From NCBI GenBank assembly GCA_017443345.1, contig JAFSNR010000039.1:6278-70277 (forward strand): a DNA stretch of 64,000 nt, read 5' to 3'. Position numbers and translations under genes: made by a program. Positions 36,279-45,600 of this stretch are shown here, one piece after another. The notes under the pieces are model-generated. The model was not told the origin of the DNA, did not search any database, and saw nothing but the letters and a program-made list of their open reading frames with translations. Position 1 is the stretch's first letter. Each line of letters begins with the position of its first letter. The stretch comes from Prevotella sp. (lineage in GTDB: Bacteria > Bacteroidota > Bacteroidia > Bacteroidales > Bacteroidaceae).

Positions 36279-37479
36279 GGCGTTCCTGAGCATGTCTGCG
36301 CGAGAGTCGTAACTGGTGACCATACACCAGACAGGCAGCTCCGAAGTAGGCTGCCACCTGAATCCACAGGCAACGTATCTCGGGCAGTACGTCGCTGATC
36401 GTTCCACCTAAGGTATTCATCCGCACAAAGGCACGGATGCCAAAAGTACTGGGGAAGAGCCACGAGATGCCCTGCCACGCACCCGGGATGCTCGACTGGG
36501 GCCATGACACACCACTGAGGAACAGCAGGGGAACGGAGACGAACACCATGATCAACATAACATTCTCACGATAACGGACCAGACACGATACCGTCATGCC
36601 GAAGAACACACAAGCCAACAGATAGGGAACCATCAGCGTCAGCAGATCCTGCCAATGGATCAGCGTCAGGAAGGAGAATATTCTCGGGACGATGATGGTA
36701 AGCCATGCAGCCATGAAGATATAGATCATCAGGTAGCACATGGCCTTGCCGCCCACGATGCGGTAGACACCCCCATAACACTTATGGATAGGCACCAGAT
36801 CCTCGAAGCGGTTGCGCTCACGAGCCGTTCCTGCAGCCAGACCGATACCCAGGACCAGCGTCTGCTGGAGAATCAGCATGAGTACAGCGGGGATGATGAA
36901 GTTGCCATAGCCCCCGGCAGGATTGAAGATGGGCACATCTTCGAAGTTAAGAGGCCGCGTCGTGATCATATCCTCACGGTCGGTATAGTTGCCCGACACT
37001 TTCTTCTGAATCTCAGCTCCCATTGCCTGGGTCACGACGACAGAGGTCTGGTAGATGGCTTTATAGGTGAGCATCAGCGACATATCGCAGTAAACACTGA
37101 TCACGCCCTGTTCCATGCGGTTGATATGGGTGGCGAAATCAGAAGGTATGAGATAGATGCCCTTCGCTTCCTGACGGCTGACGACCGACTTCGCCTCTTC
37201 GAGATTGCCGGCATAGGAAACAATCTTCACATCGGGTGAGGCGTCGCACATACGGATAAACTGACGACTCAGCTGACTGTGCGACTGATCAACGACGACA
37301 ACAGGAACCTCATGGATCACCTCGTTGTTATAGATCCACGAGTAGAGCAACGGATAGACGATGGGCACGATGACACAGAAGATCAGTACACCCTCATCCT
37401 TCAACACCTGCTTCAGTTCCTGACGCCAGATGAAAGCTGCATCCTGCAGCGCCTCGTATAGTTTATGGAATATAGACAT
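36199..37479 (-). CDS. ABC-2 type transporter permease
   Basis: 'PVVVVDQSHSQLSRQF', 'FNPAGGYGNFIIPAVL', 'LFLSGVSWP'. Confidence 0.9.
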   Translation of the reverse strand: MSIFHKLYEALQDAAFIWRQELKQVLKDEGVLIFCVIVPIVYPLLYSWIYNNEVIHEVPVVVVDQSHSQLSRQFIRMCDASPDVKIVSYAGNLEEAKSVVSRQEAKGIYLIPSDFATHINRMEQGVISVYCDMSLMLTYKAIYQTSVVVTQAMGAEIQKKVSGNYTDREDMITTRPLNFEDVPIFNPAGGYGNFIIPAVLMLILQQTLVLGIGLAAGTARERNRFEDLVPIHKCYGGVYRIVGGKAMCYLMIYIFMAAWLTIIVPRIFSFLTLIHWQDLLTLMVPYLLACVFFGMTVSCLVRYRENVMLIMVFVSVPLLFLSGVSWPQSSIPGAWQGISWLFPSTFGIRAFVRMNTLGGTISDVLPEIRCLWIQVAAYFGAACLVYGHQLRLSRRHAQERLIYLRRKREIRQQLKQRHSHTDLQKS

Positions 37480-38632
37480 AGGTGAGCATTGCATTTTTTA
37501 TCTTCGACAGCACCAGCCACGGCAGCAGCATGAAAGCCAGCATGGCCGCGATGTGGAGCCAGGCATTAATGACCGGGAAACCATTGAACACGGTAATCTG
37601 GTACACCATATAATAATGGCGCAGGGGGAAGAGCCATGAGAGCGACTGGATAGGGCCGTCCATTCCCATCACAGGGAAGGCGGAGCCAGCCAGCGAGAAA
37701 CTGAGCACAGCCCACAGGGAGCAGATACTCATCGACATGCGCAGAGAGGGCATCAGTCCAAAGGCAAAAATTCCGAATCCGATGGAGGCAAACACCTCGA
37801 GGAGTCCCAGTAGGATGATATCCCACACATCGCCCAGATAGGGGAACTTAAGATAGCCGAAGAGATAGAACTCGTAGACAAAGATCAGCGTCAGCCAGAT
37901 CACAGCCTGCGGGAGATATTTTCCCAAGATAGCTACCACCATATTGCCGTCGGCTTCCTTGAGCCACTCTTTTCCACGTCCGAACTTCAGTTCCATTCCT
38001 ATGGAATAGGCCGAAATCAGGAACATGAACAACATCATGATACCTGTAACCAGCACTGTTGAGAGATAGGCGTTATAGTTCGTCCAAGGGTTTGCAATCT
38101 GGTGCAGATCGATACGGATAGGCTGCAGGAACGCCATGATCTGCCCCTGCGTGTAGCCCTGGGCACGCATCTTCGCCTGTCCCACTGCCGCCGATCCGAG
38201 GTTGGAGATGGTCTTCAGATCCTTCATCAGCAGCGAACCCGACATCACCGAGCCCATATTATAATAATAGGATATCTTGGGGCGACGAGCAGAGAGCAAT
38301 GCGTCGGCAGTGCCCTTCGGGATATAGAGGAAAGCGTAGATCTGGTTTTCCTGAATAGCGCGCCTTGCCTCAGCCACCGAGGGATAGTGAGCAACGACTT
38401 TGGAACTCTGGAAAGCGTCGAGGCGACGGATCAGTCCACGTGACGTGGACGTATTGTCGAGATCGACCACACCCACAGGCATATCCTCTGGCAGTCCCTC
38501 GTCCATCAGTGACGTGAAGAAAATCATCGCCAACAGCGGGAAGACGACCATACAGATCAGGTAAATGCGATTCACAAGGAGAATCTTACATTCACGCTTC
38601 GCAACCTGCCATATATCAAAGATGTATTTCAA
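37463..38632 (-). CDS. ABC-2 type transporter permease
   Basis: 'PVGVVDLDNTSTSR', 'NPWTNYNAYL', 'GSAFP'; TTG start. Confidence 0.9.
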   Translation of the reverse strand: MKYIFDIWQVAKRECKILLVNRIYLICMVVFPLLAMIFFTSLMDEGLPEDMPVGVVDLDNTSTSRGLIRRLDAFQSSKVVAHYPSVAEARRAIQENQIYAFLYIPKGTADALLSARRPKISYYYNMGSVMSGSLLMKDLKTISNLGSAAVGQAKMRAQGYTQGQIMAFLQPIRIDLHQIANPWTNYNAYLSTVLVTGIMMLFMFLISAYSIGMELKFGRGKEWLKEADGNMVVAILGKYLPQAVIWLTLIFVYEFYLFGYLKFPYLGDVWDIILLGLLEVFASIGFGIFAFGLMPSLRMSMSICSLWAVLSFSLAGSAFPVMGMDGPIQSLSWLFPLRHYYMVYQITVFNGFPVINAWLHIAAMLAFMLLPWLVLSKIKNAMLTYVYIP

Positions 38633-38635
38633 CTC

Positions 38636-39622
38636 TTAATTCTTAATTATCAACGACATGCCCGGACGCAGACCGTCGAGCTTCTCCACAGGACGAGCCT
38701 TCACCTCAAAGGTCTTCAGGTCGTACTGACCGTTAGCCTTCGTAGCCTTCCATACAGCATACGAACCCTGGTCCTTCAGATAGTACACCTTCAGTTTGAT
38801 ATCCTTGTTGAAGGCTGGCACGAAAGCCGTGATCTCAGAGCCCATCTGCATGCCGTTGAGCTGGTCCTCGCGCACGTTGAACGTACCCCACATGTCCTGC
38901 ATCACGGCAATCGACATGATGGGCGAACCAGTGCCGACGAGCTCACCTACCTTCGGATAGACATCGCTGACCTCACCCTCCATCTGGGCCGTTTGTACGG
39001 TCTCATGGATATAGGAGTTCACTTCCTGAACGGCACCCTTGGCACGTCCCACCTGAGCAGTAGCGGCCATCTTGTCTTCCATACGGGCACCATTGACAGC
39101 CATATCGTACTGGCTCTGGGCGGCTTTCATCTGAGCCTCCATCGCCTTGTAGTTGGCATAGACCTCATCGCGCTTCTGGGCACTCATCACACCCTCGTCG
39201 TAGAGACGCTGGATGCGGGCATACGACTTCTCGGCAATCTCGAAGCCGGCCTTAGCCTGCTGCAGTACACTGTAGGCACCCTGGATCTGCTCCTTACGGG
39301 CACCGTTCTGTGCCTTCAACTCCATGGCAGCTGCTGCACTCTGGGCACTCTGGGCCTGTTCCATCTTCGCACGTACCTCAGGGGCATCGAGGATGGCCAG
39401 CGTGTCGCCCACCTTCACATAGTCGCCCTCCTTGACGCGCAGTTCCAGAATACGTCCTGGCACCTTGCTTGACACACGGTACTCCGACACTTCCACCTGT
39501 CCCTGAATCACATCCGGATCACGATCGAAGGCAAAGAATCCAATCACTGCTACAATAATCACTACTGCCACGAAACCTGCGATGGCAAGCAGAATGTTAT
39601 GATGTTGACTTTTTGCTGACAT
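38636..39622 (-). CDS. HlyD family secretion / membrane fusion protein
   Basis: TM anchor, lipoyl-like 'VSSKVPGRILELRVKEGDYVKVGD', coiled coil, 'LRPGMS'. Confidence 0.92.
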   Translation of the reverse strand: MSAKSQHHNILLAIAGFVAVVIIVAVIGFFAFDRDPDVIQGQVEVSEYRVSSKVPGRILELRVKEGDYVKVGDTLAILDAPEVRAKMEQAQSAQSAAAAMELKAQNGARKEQIQGAYSVLQQAKAGFEIAEKSYARIQRLYDEGVMSAQKRDEVYANYKAMEAQMKAAQSQYDMAVNGARMEDKMAATAQVGRAKGAVQEVNSYIHETVQTAQMEGEVSDVYPKVGELVGTGSPIMSIAVMQDMWGTFNVREDQLNGMQMGSEITAFVPAFNKDIKLKVYYLKDQGSYAVWKATKANGQYDLKTFEVKARPVEKLDGLRPGMSLIIKN

Positions 39623-39627
39623 ATTAT

Positions 39628-39669
39628 CTATAAACTATAAACTTTAAACTGTAAACCGTAAACTATAAA
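39628..39669 (-). repeat. 6 heptamers filling the tolC-hlyD spacer
   Basis: Plus strand CTATAAA CTATAAA CTTTAAA CTGTAAA CCGTAAA CTATAAA. Confidence 0.95.
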
Positions 39670-41160
39670 CTACTCCAACGTTCCCATTGCCTTCTGGAGA
39701 TCAACCTGCGAGAGCCGGACATCGATCTCTGCATCGATCTTCTGCGACTGTGCCTGCAGCCAGGCAGTCTGCGCCTCCATCACCGTGGCAGGTGTGATCA
39801 CACCCTCTCGGAACCCAAGGTTCGCCATGCGCAGGTTCTCATCCGCGCGCTGGATATTGGTCTGAGCCATCGTGAGCTTCTTGTTGGCCTCGTCAACCTT
39901 GAAGGTGTTCTGGTTCACCTGCAGCTCTATCAGTTCACGGGCCTCCTCAAGTTCAAGACGGGCAATGTTTGTAGCACCCTTCGAGGCACGAATCTTATAC
40001 ATCACGTCGCCCCAGTTCCAGATGGGCACACGCATCATGACTCCTACGTGCCAGAAGCCACGGAACTTATTCTCAAAGCCATTGAAGAGACTGGGATTGC
40101 TCACTGCGTAGCCTCCCGTCAGGAGCACCTGAGGCAGGTTACCTGCACGGATCACGTTCGTCGCCTGCTTTGAGAGGTCGACGGTGTTCTGGAGCATCTT
40201 CAGTTCGGGACGGTTCTCCACGGCCCTCTCCACATCGAGTTCTGGAGTGAGCTCTACGACAGCTATCTGCTCTGCCAGCTCGTCGACGAGTGTCACCGAC
40301 TCGTCAAGTGGCAGTCCGCAGAGCTGGTTCAGCAGCATGCGCGAGAGCACCAGTCCGTCGTTGACCTTCGCCAATGTCATCTCGGCCTCGTTCACCTTCA
40401 CGTCGACACTCAGACCGTCGCTCTTCGTAGCCACGCCCTCGTCGATCATCTTATGGACATCGCCACTGAGCTTCTGCACGAGGTCGCGATAGCTTTCAGC
40501 CAGTTTCTTCTTATGATAGAGAGATACCACCTGCCAGTAAGCCTGGTCGATGCGATAGAGTGTCGCCTGACGACGGGCATCCATCGAGTGGCTGGCCATC
40601 TCCTCCTGAATGCTGGCCATCTTGTTGAGAGCGATGATGCTACCACCCATAAAGAGGGGCTGACTCAGCATGATGGATCCGGCAAAGATGTTTCGGGTAT
40701 CAGTCTCGAATGCATCTACGATCTTCTGCCCCAGACCATTCAACGCAGTCTCCATCGTCGGTCCCAGCTTTCCCATCACGGCAGCCAGTTTTGAATCCTG
40801 TTTCATCATAGGACCAAGACTCTGTGTGAGTCCGGTTCCTAATGCCGTGCCAAGGCCACTGAACTCAGCCTTCTGGGTCTCGCTCAACAGTGAGATTGCC
40901 TCACTCGTATACTCGTAAGTACCGATGGCACTCACATGAGGCAGGTACTTGGTGCGTGCCGACTTGCGGAGGTTGGCTGCCATTTCCTGCTTCTGTTTGG
41001 AGATGCCCAGTTGCTTGTTGTTGCGCAAGGCCATCTGCCGGCAACTGTCGAGCGAAAGAACCCGCTGTGCAACTGAGTTGAAAGGTAAAAAGGCAAAAAG
41101 GTAAAAAGGTAAAAACCATTTTACCCAACCTTTTACCATTCTTAATCCTTTTTTATTCAT
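39670..41160 (-). CDS. TolC family outer membrane efflux protein
   Basis: 'LSLDSCRQMALRNN', 'QPLFMGG', helical repeats, 'EAQTAW'. Confidence 0.9.
   Translation of the reverse strand: MNKKGLRMVKGWVKWFLPFYLFAFLPFNSVAQRVLSLDSCRQMALRNNKQLGISKQKQEMAANLRKSARTKYLPHVSAIGTYEYTSEAISLLSETQKAEFSGLGTALGTGLTQSLGPMMKQDSKLAAVMGKLGPTMETALNGLGQKIVDAFETDTRNIFAGSIMLSQPLFMGGSIIALNKMASIQEEMASHSMDARRQATLYRIDQAYWQVVSLYHKKKLAESYRDLVQKLSGDVHKMIDEGVATKSDGLSVDVKVNEAEMTLAKVNDGLVLSRMLLNQLCGLPLDESVTLVDELAEQIAVVELTPELDVERAVENRPELKMLQNTVDLSKQATNVIRAGNLPQVLLTGGYAVSNPSLFNGFENKFRGFWHVGVMMRVPIWNWGDVMYKIRASKGATNIARLELEEARELIELQVNQNTFKVDEANKKLTMAQTNIQRADENLRMANLGFREGVITPATVMEAQTAWLQAQSQKIDAEIDVRLSQVDLQKAMGTLE
41081..41112 (-). 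repeat. 4 x AAAGG(T/C)AA octamer inside the TolC signal peptide
   Basis: Encodes FLPFYLFAFLPF on the minus strand. Confidence 0.9.
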
Positions 41161-41165
41161 ATCAT

Positions 41166-41193
41166 CTATAAACTATAAACTTTAAACTCTAAA
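41166..41193 (-). repeat. 4 heptamers upstream of tolC
   Basis: Plus strand CTATAAA CTATAAA CTTTAAA CTCTAAA. Confidence 0.92.
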
Positions 41194-42066
41194 CTATTTA
41201 AAAGAGAACGTTCTCGAACCAATCATATTTCCGTCGGCAAAGACGCTCACCCGGTAGTCACCGGCCTCAAGCATCTGCGACACGTTCCAATAGACCGTCA
41301 CGGGCGTTTCTTCACCCGTATATTCAATCGTCTTCTTCGCAGAGGCCTCAAGCTGACGGTTCTCATACGGGAAAGTACCGCCACCGCCAAGCACGTTGCC
41401 ACCAGGATTCTGGATGCGCACATACACCGTTCGGTTACCGTTGGAGGCCGTCACATTCTTCGTAATCACGAAACTGGTCCTCATCTGGGTACAGTCCTTC
41501 AGCTTTTTGGCCTCCTTGCCACGCTTGTTCAGCAACTGCAGACTGATGTTCGTCGCGTCGAGCTGGGCAGCAATGGCCACCTTCTGCGAGAGCGAGGCCT
41601 TCTCACTGCTCAGACCGGCCACCTGCTGGTTGCGCTGCTCGAGTTCGGCCTTCACGGTGGTATTCTCCTGCTTTAGGCTTTCATTCAGACGGTTCAGCGA
41701 GTCGATCTGCATCACGTAGTCGCGCAGCACGGCACGCACCGTGGCGAGTTCCTTCTTCAGACGGGCTATCTCACGGGCATCCGAGGCCTTCACACGCTTA
41801 AGCTCCTCGAGCAACTGCTGGGTCTTCATCTGCTCTTCCGTCAGCTGCTGGATGATCGAGTCGTTATTGATCTGGGTCTTCATCTCACTGTACTGCAGGG
41901 CGAATCGCTCATATTCGTTCTCCATCTCCTGCTTGTCGAGCTCTGCCAGTTCCTGCATGTCCTGATTGACCTGCTTTTGTTCCTGAAGACTCATGAACAG
42001 CCAGGCCGAACCTGCCAGCAAGGCAAGGATGACCAGTATCAATGGGATTAATATTTTCTTATTCAT
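41194..42066 (-). CDS. Membrane-anchored coiled-coil hypothetical protein
   Basis: N-terminal TM, long Q/E/L heptad region, C-terminal beta-rich domain. Confidence 0.8.
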   Translation of the reverse strand: MNKKILIPLILVILALLAGSAWLFMSLQEQKQVNQDMQELAELDKQEMENEYERFALQYSEMKTQINNDSIIQQLTEEQMKTQQLLEELKRVKASDAREIARLKKELATVRAVLRDYVMQIDSLNRLNESLKQENTTVKAELEQRNQQVAGLSSEKASLSQKVAIAAQLDATNISLQLLNKRGKEAKKLKDCTQMRTSFVITKNVTASNGNRTVYVRIQNPGGNVLGGGGTFPYENRQLEASAKKTIEYTGEETPVTVYWNVSQMLEAGDYRVSVFADGNMIGSRTFSFK

Positions 42067-42092
42067 CTTAAACAATTCTTAAAAATCGGTTG

Positions 42093-42183
42093 CAAAATTA
42101 GGCAAATAATATGAAAAAACAAAAGATTTTTGCAGTTTTATACCTTATTTGTTTGGAAGTTAAAAATAAATAACGTATATTTG
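42093..42183. promoter_or_regulatory. Divergent sigma-A promoters (coiled-coil/tolC operon and cyd operon)
   Basis: Minus: TTTG (42123-20), N19, TAATTTTG (42100-093). Plus: TTTG (42152-55), N20, TATATTTG (42176-83). Confidence 0.8.
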
Positions 42184-42203
42184 CAAAATAAAAACCTAAG
42201 AAG

Positions 42204-42422
42204 ATGCGAAAGGACAGTTTTATATATAAGGTATATGACCTCTACAGCGACGGGTTCCGTCACATGCGCCTTGGCCGTACGCTGTGGGCGATTATCCTCA
42301 TCAAGCTGTTCATCATCTTCGCGATACTGAAAGTTTTCTTCTTCCCTGATTTCCTGAAACGGCATGCTCAGGGCGACGAAGCAAACTATGTGGCGACGGA
42401 ACTCGTTGACCGTTCCCAATAA
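42204..42422 (+). CDS. DUF4492-like small membrane protein preceding cydA
   Basis: 'YDLYSDGFRHMRLGRTLWAIILIKLFIIFAILKVFFFP'; position upstream of cydA. Confidence 0.8.
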   Translation: MRKDSFIYKVYDLYSDGFRHMRLGRTLWAIILIKLFIIFAILKVFFFPDFLKRHAQGDEANYVATELVDRSQ

Positions 42423-42461
42423 TTTCTAAACTCAAGACAATAACCTCTAAACAAAATATTT

Positions 42462-43994
42462 ATGTTCAACAACCTATTCTTAGACATTGATGCCGGCACC
42501 ATCGACTGGTCGAGAGCGCAATTCGCCCTCACGGCAATCTATCACTGGCTCTTTGTGCCCCTGACGCTGGGACTGGCGGTCATCATGGGCATCGCTGAGA
42601 CCAAGTACTATCGGACATCAGATCCGTTCTGGAAAGAGGCTGCCCAGTTCTGGCAGAAGCTTTTCGGTGTGAATTTCGCTATGGGTGTTGCCACTGGTAT
42701 CATCCTCGAGTTCGAGTTCGGAACCAACTGGAGCAACTACTCCTGGTTCGTAGGCGATATCTTCGGAGCCCCGTTGGCTGTCGAGGGTATCGTGGCCTTC
42801 TTCATGGAGTCGACCTTCGTCGCCGTCATGTTCTTCGGCTGGAAGAAGGTATCGCCGGGCTTCCATCTTGCCTCTACCTGGCTCACCGGTCTGGGTGCGA
42901 CGATCTCTGCCTGGTGGATCCTCGTGGCCAATGCCTGGATGCAGTATCCCGTGGGCTGTGAGTTCAATCCCGACACCATGCGCAACGAGATGGTATCCTT
43001 CGCCGAAGTGGCCCTCTCACCCTTCGCTGTCAGCAAGTTCTGTCACACCGTTACCTCTTCCTGGATCATCGGAGCCGTATTCTGTGTGGGTGTCTGCTGC
43101 TGGTATCTCATGAAGAAGCGCAACACGAAACTGGCCATCGAGAGCATGAAGATCGGTGCTGGTGTAGGTCTCGTAGCCGCCTTGTTGGCTGGTGCCACTG
43201 GTCATAAGTCGGGTATGGATGTCGCTGAGGTCCAGCCCATGAAGCTCGCTGCGATGGAGGCGCTCTACGATGGTGGAACCGAACAGGGACTGAAGATCAT
43301 CGAGGGCATCGAGGTGCCCTATGCCCTGTCGATCATGGCCACCAACGATCCTCAGGGATTCGTGCCAGGCATCAACGATCTTCTGAATGGCTACACCACG
43401 CCAGACGGGAAGGTGGAACTCTCTGTCGACGAGAAGATCGAACGCGGCAAGAAGGCCATCGAGGCTCTCGCCGCCTATCGCCAGGCGAAGTTCGCCTCCA
43501 GCGACGACGGCACAACAACAGCCTACCAGCTGTCTGTTCTCAAGGAGAACATGCCTTATTTCGGCTATGGCTACATCAAGGACAAGAACGACGTGGTACC
43601 CCCTGTGGCTGTCAATTTCTGGTCCTTCCGCATCATGGTGGGCTTCGGCTGTCTGTTCATCCTTTTCTTCGCTGTAGTACTGGCAGGTCTCTACGGATTC
43701 CCGAAGGCACTGTGGCAGAAGCGTTCTATCGAGAACCTGCCCGACTGGCATTATTGGATAGCCATTGCACTCATCCCGCTGGCTTATATCGCCTCTGAGT
43801 GCGGCTGGCTCGTCGCAGAGTTCGGACGTCAGCCCTGGACCATCCAGGACATGCTGCCCACATGGGCTGCTGTCAGCGACCTCCAGTCATCGAGCGTCAT
43901 CATCACGTTCTTCCTCTTCCTGATTCTTTTCTCCACGATGCTTGCCGTCGAGATCAACATCCTGCTCAAACAGATTAAAAACTATCAGTCATGA
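42462..43994 (+). CDS. cydA: Cytochrome bd ubiquinol oxidase subunit I
   Basis: 'SRAQFALTAIYHWLF', 'EFEFGTNW', 'QPMKLAAME', 'AEFGRQPW'. Confidence 0.97.
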   Translation: MFNNLFLDIDAGTIDWSRAQFALTAIYHWLFVPLTLGLAVIMGIAETKYYRTSDPFWKEAAQFWQKLFGVNFAMGVATGIILEFEFGTNWSNYSWFVGDIFGAPLAVEGIVAFFMESTFVAVMFFGWKKVSPGFHLASTWLTGLGATISAWWILVANAWMQYPVGCEFNPDTMRNEMVSFAEVALSPFAVSKFCHTVTSSWIIGAVFCVGVCCWYLMKKRNTKLAIESMKIGAGVGLVAALLAGATGHKSGMDVAEVQPMKLAAMEALYDGGTEQGLKIIEGIEVPYALSIMATNDPQGFVPGINDLLNGYTTPDGKVELSVDEKIERGKKAIEALAAYRQAKFASSDDGTTTAYQLSVLKENMPYFGYGYIKDKNDVVPPVAVNFWSFRIMVGFGCLFILFFAVVLAGLYGFPKALWQKRSIENLPDWHYWIAIALIPLAYIASECGWLVAEFGRQPWTIQDMLPTWAAVSDLQSSSVIITFFLFLILFSTMLAVEINILLKQIKNYQS

Positions 43995-45136
43995 CATACG
44001 AATTCTTACAGCACTACTGGTGTTTCATCGTGTCACTGCTTGGTGCACTATTAGTATTCCTGCTCTTCGTTCAGGGAGCCAACTCCGTAGCCCGTTCACT
44101 GGGACAGACGGAAGAAGGGCGTCGTCTCGTCTACAACTCCACAGGCCGTAAGTGGGAGTTCACCTTCACCACGCTCGTCACCTTCGGAGGCGCTTTCTTC
44201 GCCTCGTTCCCCCTTTTCTACTCCACTTCGTTCGGTGGGGCCTACTGGCTCTGGATGATCATCCTCTTCACGTTCGTGCTTCAGGCCGTCAGCTACGAGT
44301 TCCAGAATAAGATCGGCAATTTCCTCGGTCCGAAGACCTTCCAGTTCTTCCTCACCCTCAACGGCATCGTGGGGCCGCTGCTCCTGGGCGGCGCCGTCGC
44401 CACCTTCTTCGAGGGTTCGAACTTCATCGTTGAGAAGAACAATCTCATCGACCCGACTGCCCTCACACCGATCATTTCACGTTGGGCTAATGCCTCACAT
44501 GGCCTCGATGCCCTACTGAATCCCTGGGTGCTCGTATTGGGCTTCGCTGTGGTCTTCCTCGCCCGAGTGCTGGGCATCCTCTACGTGATCAACAACGTCA
44601 ACGACGAAGATATCCGCTCACGTGGCAGTGTGCGACTGATAGGTGCTGCCGTACCTTTCTTGGTGCTCTTTGTGGCCTATCTCATCCACGTGCTGCTGAA
44701 GGATGGCTTCGCAGTCGATGACCTCGGACGCATCTATATGGAACCTTATAAATATCTCAACAACTTCATCGATATGTGGTATCTGACCATCGTGCTGCTC
44801 ATCGGTGTGGTGCTCGTGCTCTTCGGCATCGGCAAGACCATTCTCTCGAAGACATATATCGGAGGCATCTGGCCTGCTGGTATCGGCACCGTTCTCACCG
44901 TCCTCACGCTGCTGCTCTGCAGTGCCTGGAATAATACGGCATACTATCCGTCGACCGCCGATCTCCAGTCATCACTGACGCTCCAGAACTCCTGCTCGAG
45001 TGAATTCACGCTGACCACGATGTTCTACGTCTCGCTGCTGGTGCCCTTCGTACTCGCCTACATCGTCTACGCCTGGCGCGCCATCGATGCCAAAAAGCTA
45101 GACAAAGAAGAACTCAAAACCGATCACGCATACTAA
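43991..45136 (+). CDS. cydB: Cytochrome bd ubiquinol oxidase subunit II
   Basis: 'GRKWEFTFTTLVTFGGAFFASFPLFY'; follows cydA. Confidence 0.95.
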   Translation: MTYEFLQHYWCFIVSLLGALLVFLLFVQGANSVARSLGQTEEGRRLVYNSTGRKWEFTFTTLVTFGGAFFASFPLFYSTSFGGAYWLWMIILFTFVLQAVSYEFQNKIGNFLGPKTFQFFLTLNGIVGPLLLGGAVATFFEGSNFIVEKNNLIDPTALTPIISRWANASHGLDALLNPWVLVLGFAVVFLARVLGILYVINNVNDEDIRSRGSVRLIGAAVPFLVLFVAYLIHVLLKDGFAVDDLGRIYMEPYKYLNNFIDMWYLTIVLLIGVVLVLFGIGKTILSKTYIGGIWPAGIGTVLTVLTLLLCSAWNNTAYYPSTADLQSSLTLQNSCSSEFTLTTMFYVSLLVPFVLAYIVYAWRAIDAKKLDKEELKTDHAY

Positions 45137-45141
45137 TTCGT

Positions 45142-45184
45142 AAAAAAATCCCCTGCCGCTCTGAACGTGCAGGGGATCTTTTTC
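45142..45184. terminator. Intrinsic terminator after cydB (A- and T-tracts on both sides)
   Basis: ATCCCCTGC (45148-56) / GCAGGGGAT (45169-77) stem followed by CTTTTTT. Confidence 0.82.
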
Positions 45185-45211
45185 TGTAAACCGTCCGTAA
45201 ACCATACGCTC

Positions 45212-45265
45212 GGCCTTGCCTATGCCAGAAATGGCTCCGATGATAATTATAGATTTCTTGTTCAT
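45212..45265 (-). pseudogene. Truncated 5' end of an SDR oxidoreductase-like gene
   Basis: ATG at 45265 reads MNKKSIIIIGAISGIGKA (Rossmann GxxxGIG); similarity ends after about 18 codons. Confidence 0.5.
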
Positions 45266-45308
45266 TAAAATATTTTCTGTTTAGAATGATTATTTAAAAT
45301 TATTTTCG

Positions 45309-45316
45309 TATCTTTG
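45309..45316 (+). promoter_or_regulatory. -7 box of the TA operon
   Basis: TATCTTTG, 27 nt before the ATG. Confidence 0.6.
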
Positions 45317-45342
45317 CCGCCGAGAACAAAAAGATTACGATT

Positions 45343-45600
45343 ATGACAGCAATAGAATTAAACGCAGAGTTATACCGTGCTATGGGCGAAATTGCCGACG
45401 ATGAGACCTTGTTGGCGAAAGTGCTTAAATACGTGAAGAGTCTTGCTCCTAATAAAAAAAAGCGTATGACTGCCGATGAAAGACTGGACGCTGCACTTGC
45501 CAAGTTTAGTGGTGACTTTGGTGGCAACAAAGATGCAATGGAGATAGCCCAGGAGATGCGGCAGGGGGCAGATATGGTTCGCGAAGTAGAAACATGGTAA
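45343..45600 (+). CDS. Putative antitoxin of a VapBC-type pair
   Basis: 85 aa gene overlapping the start of a PIN-domain gene. Confidence 0.7.
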   Translation: MTAIELNAELYRAMGEIADDETLLAKVLKYVKSLAPNKKKRMTADERLDAALAKFSGDFGGNKDAMEIAQEMRQGADMVREVETW

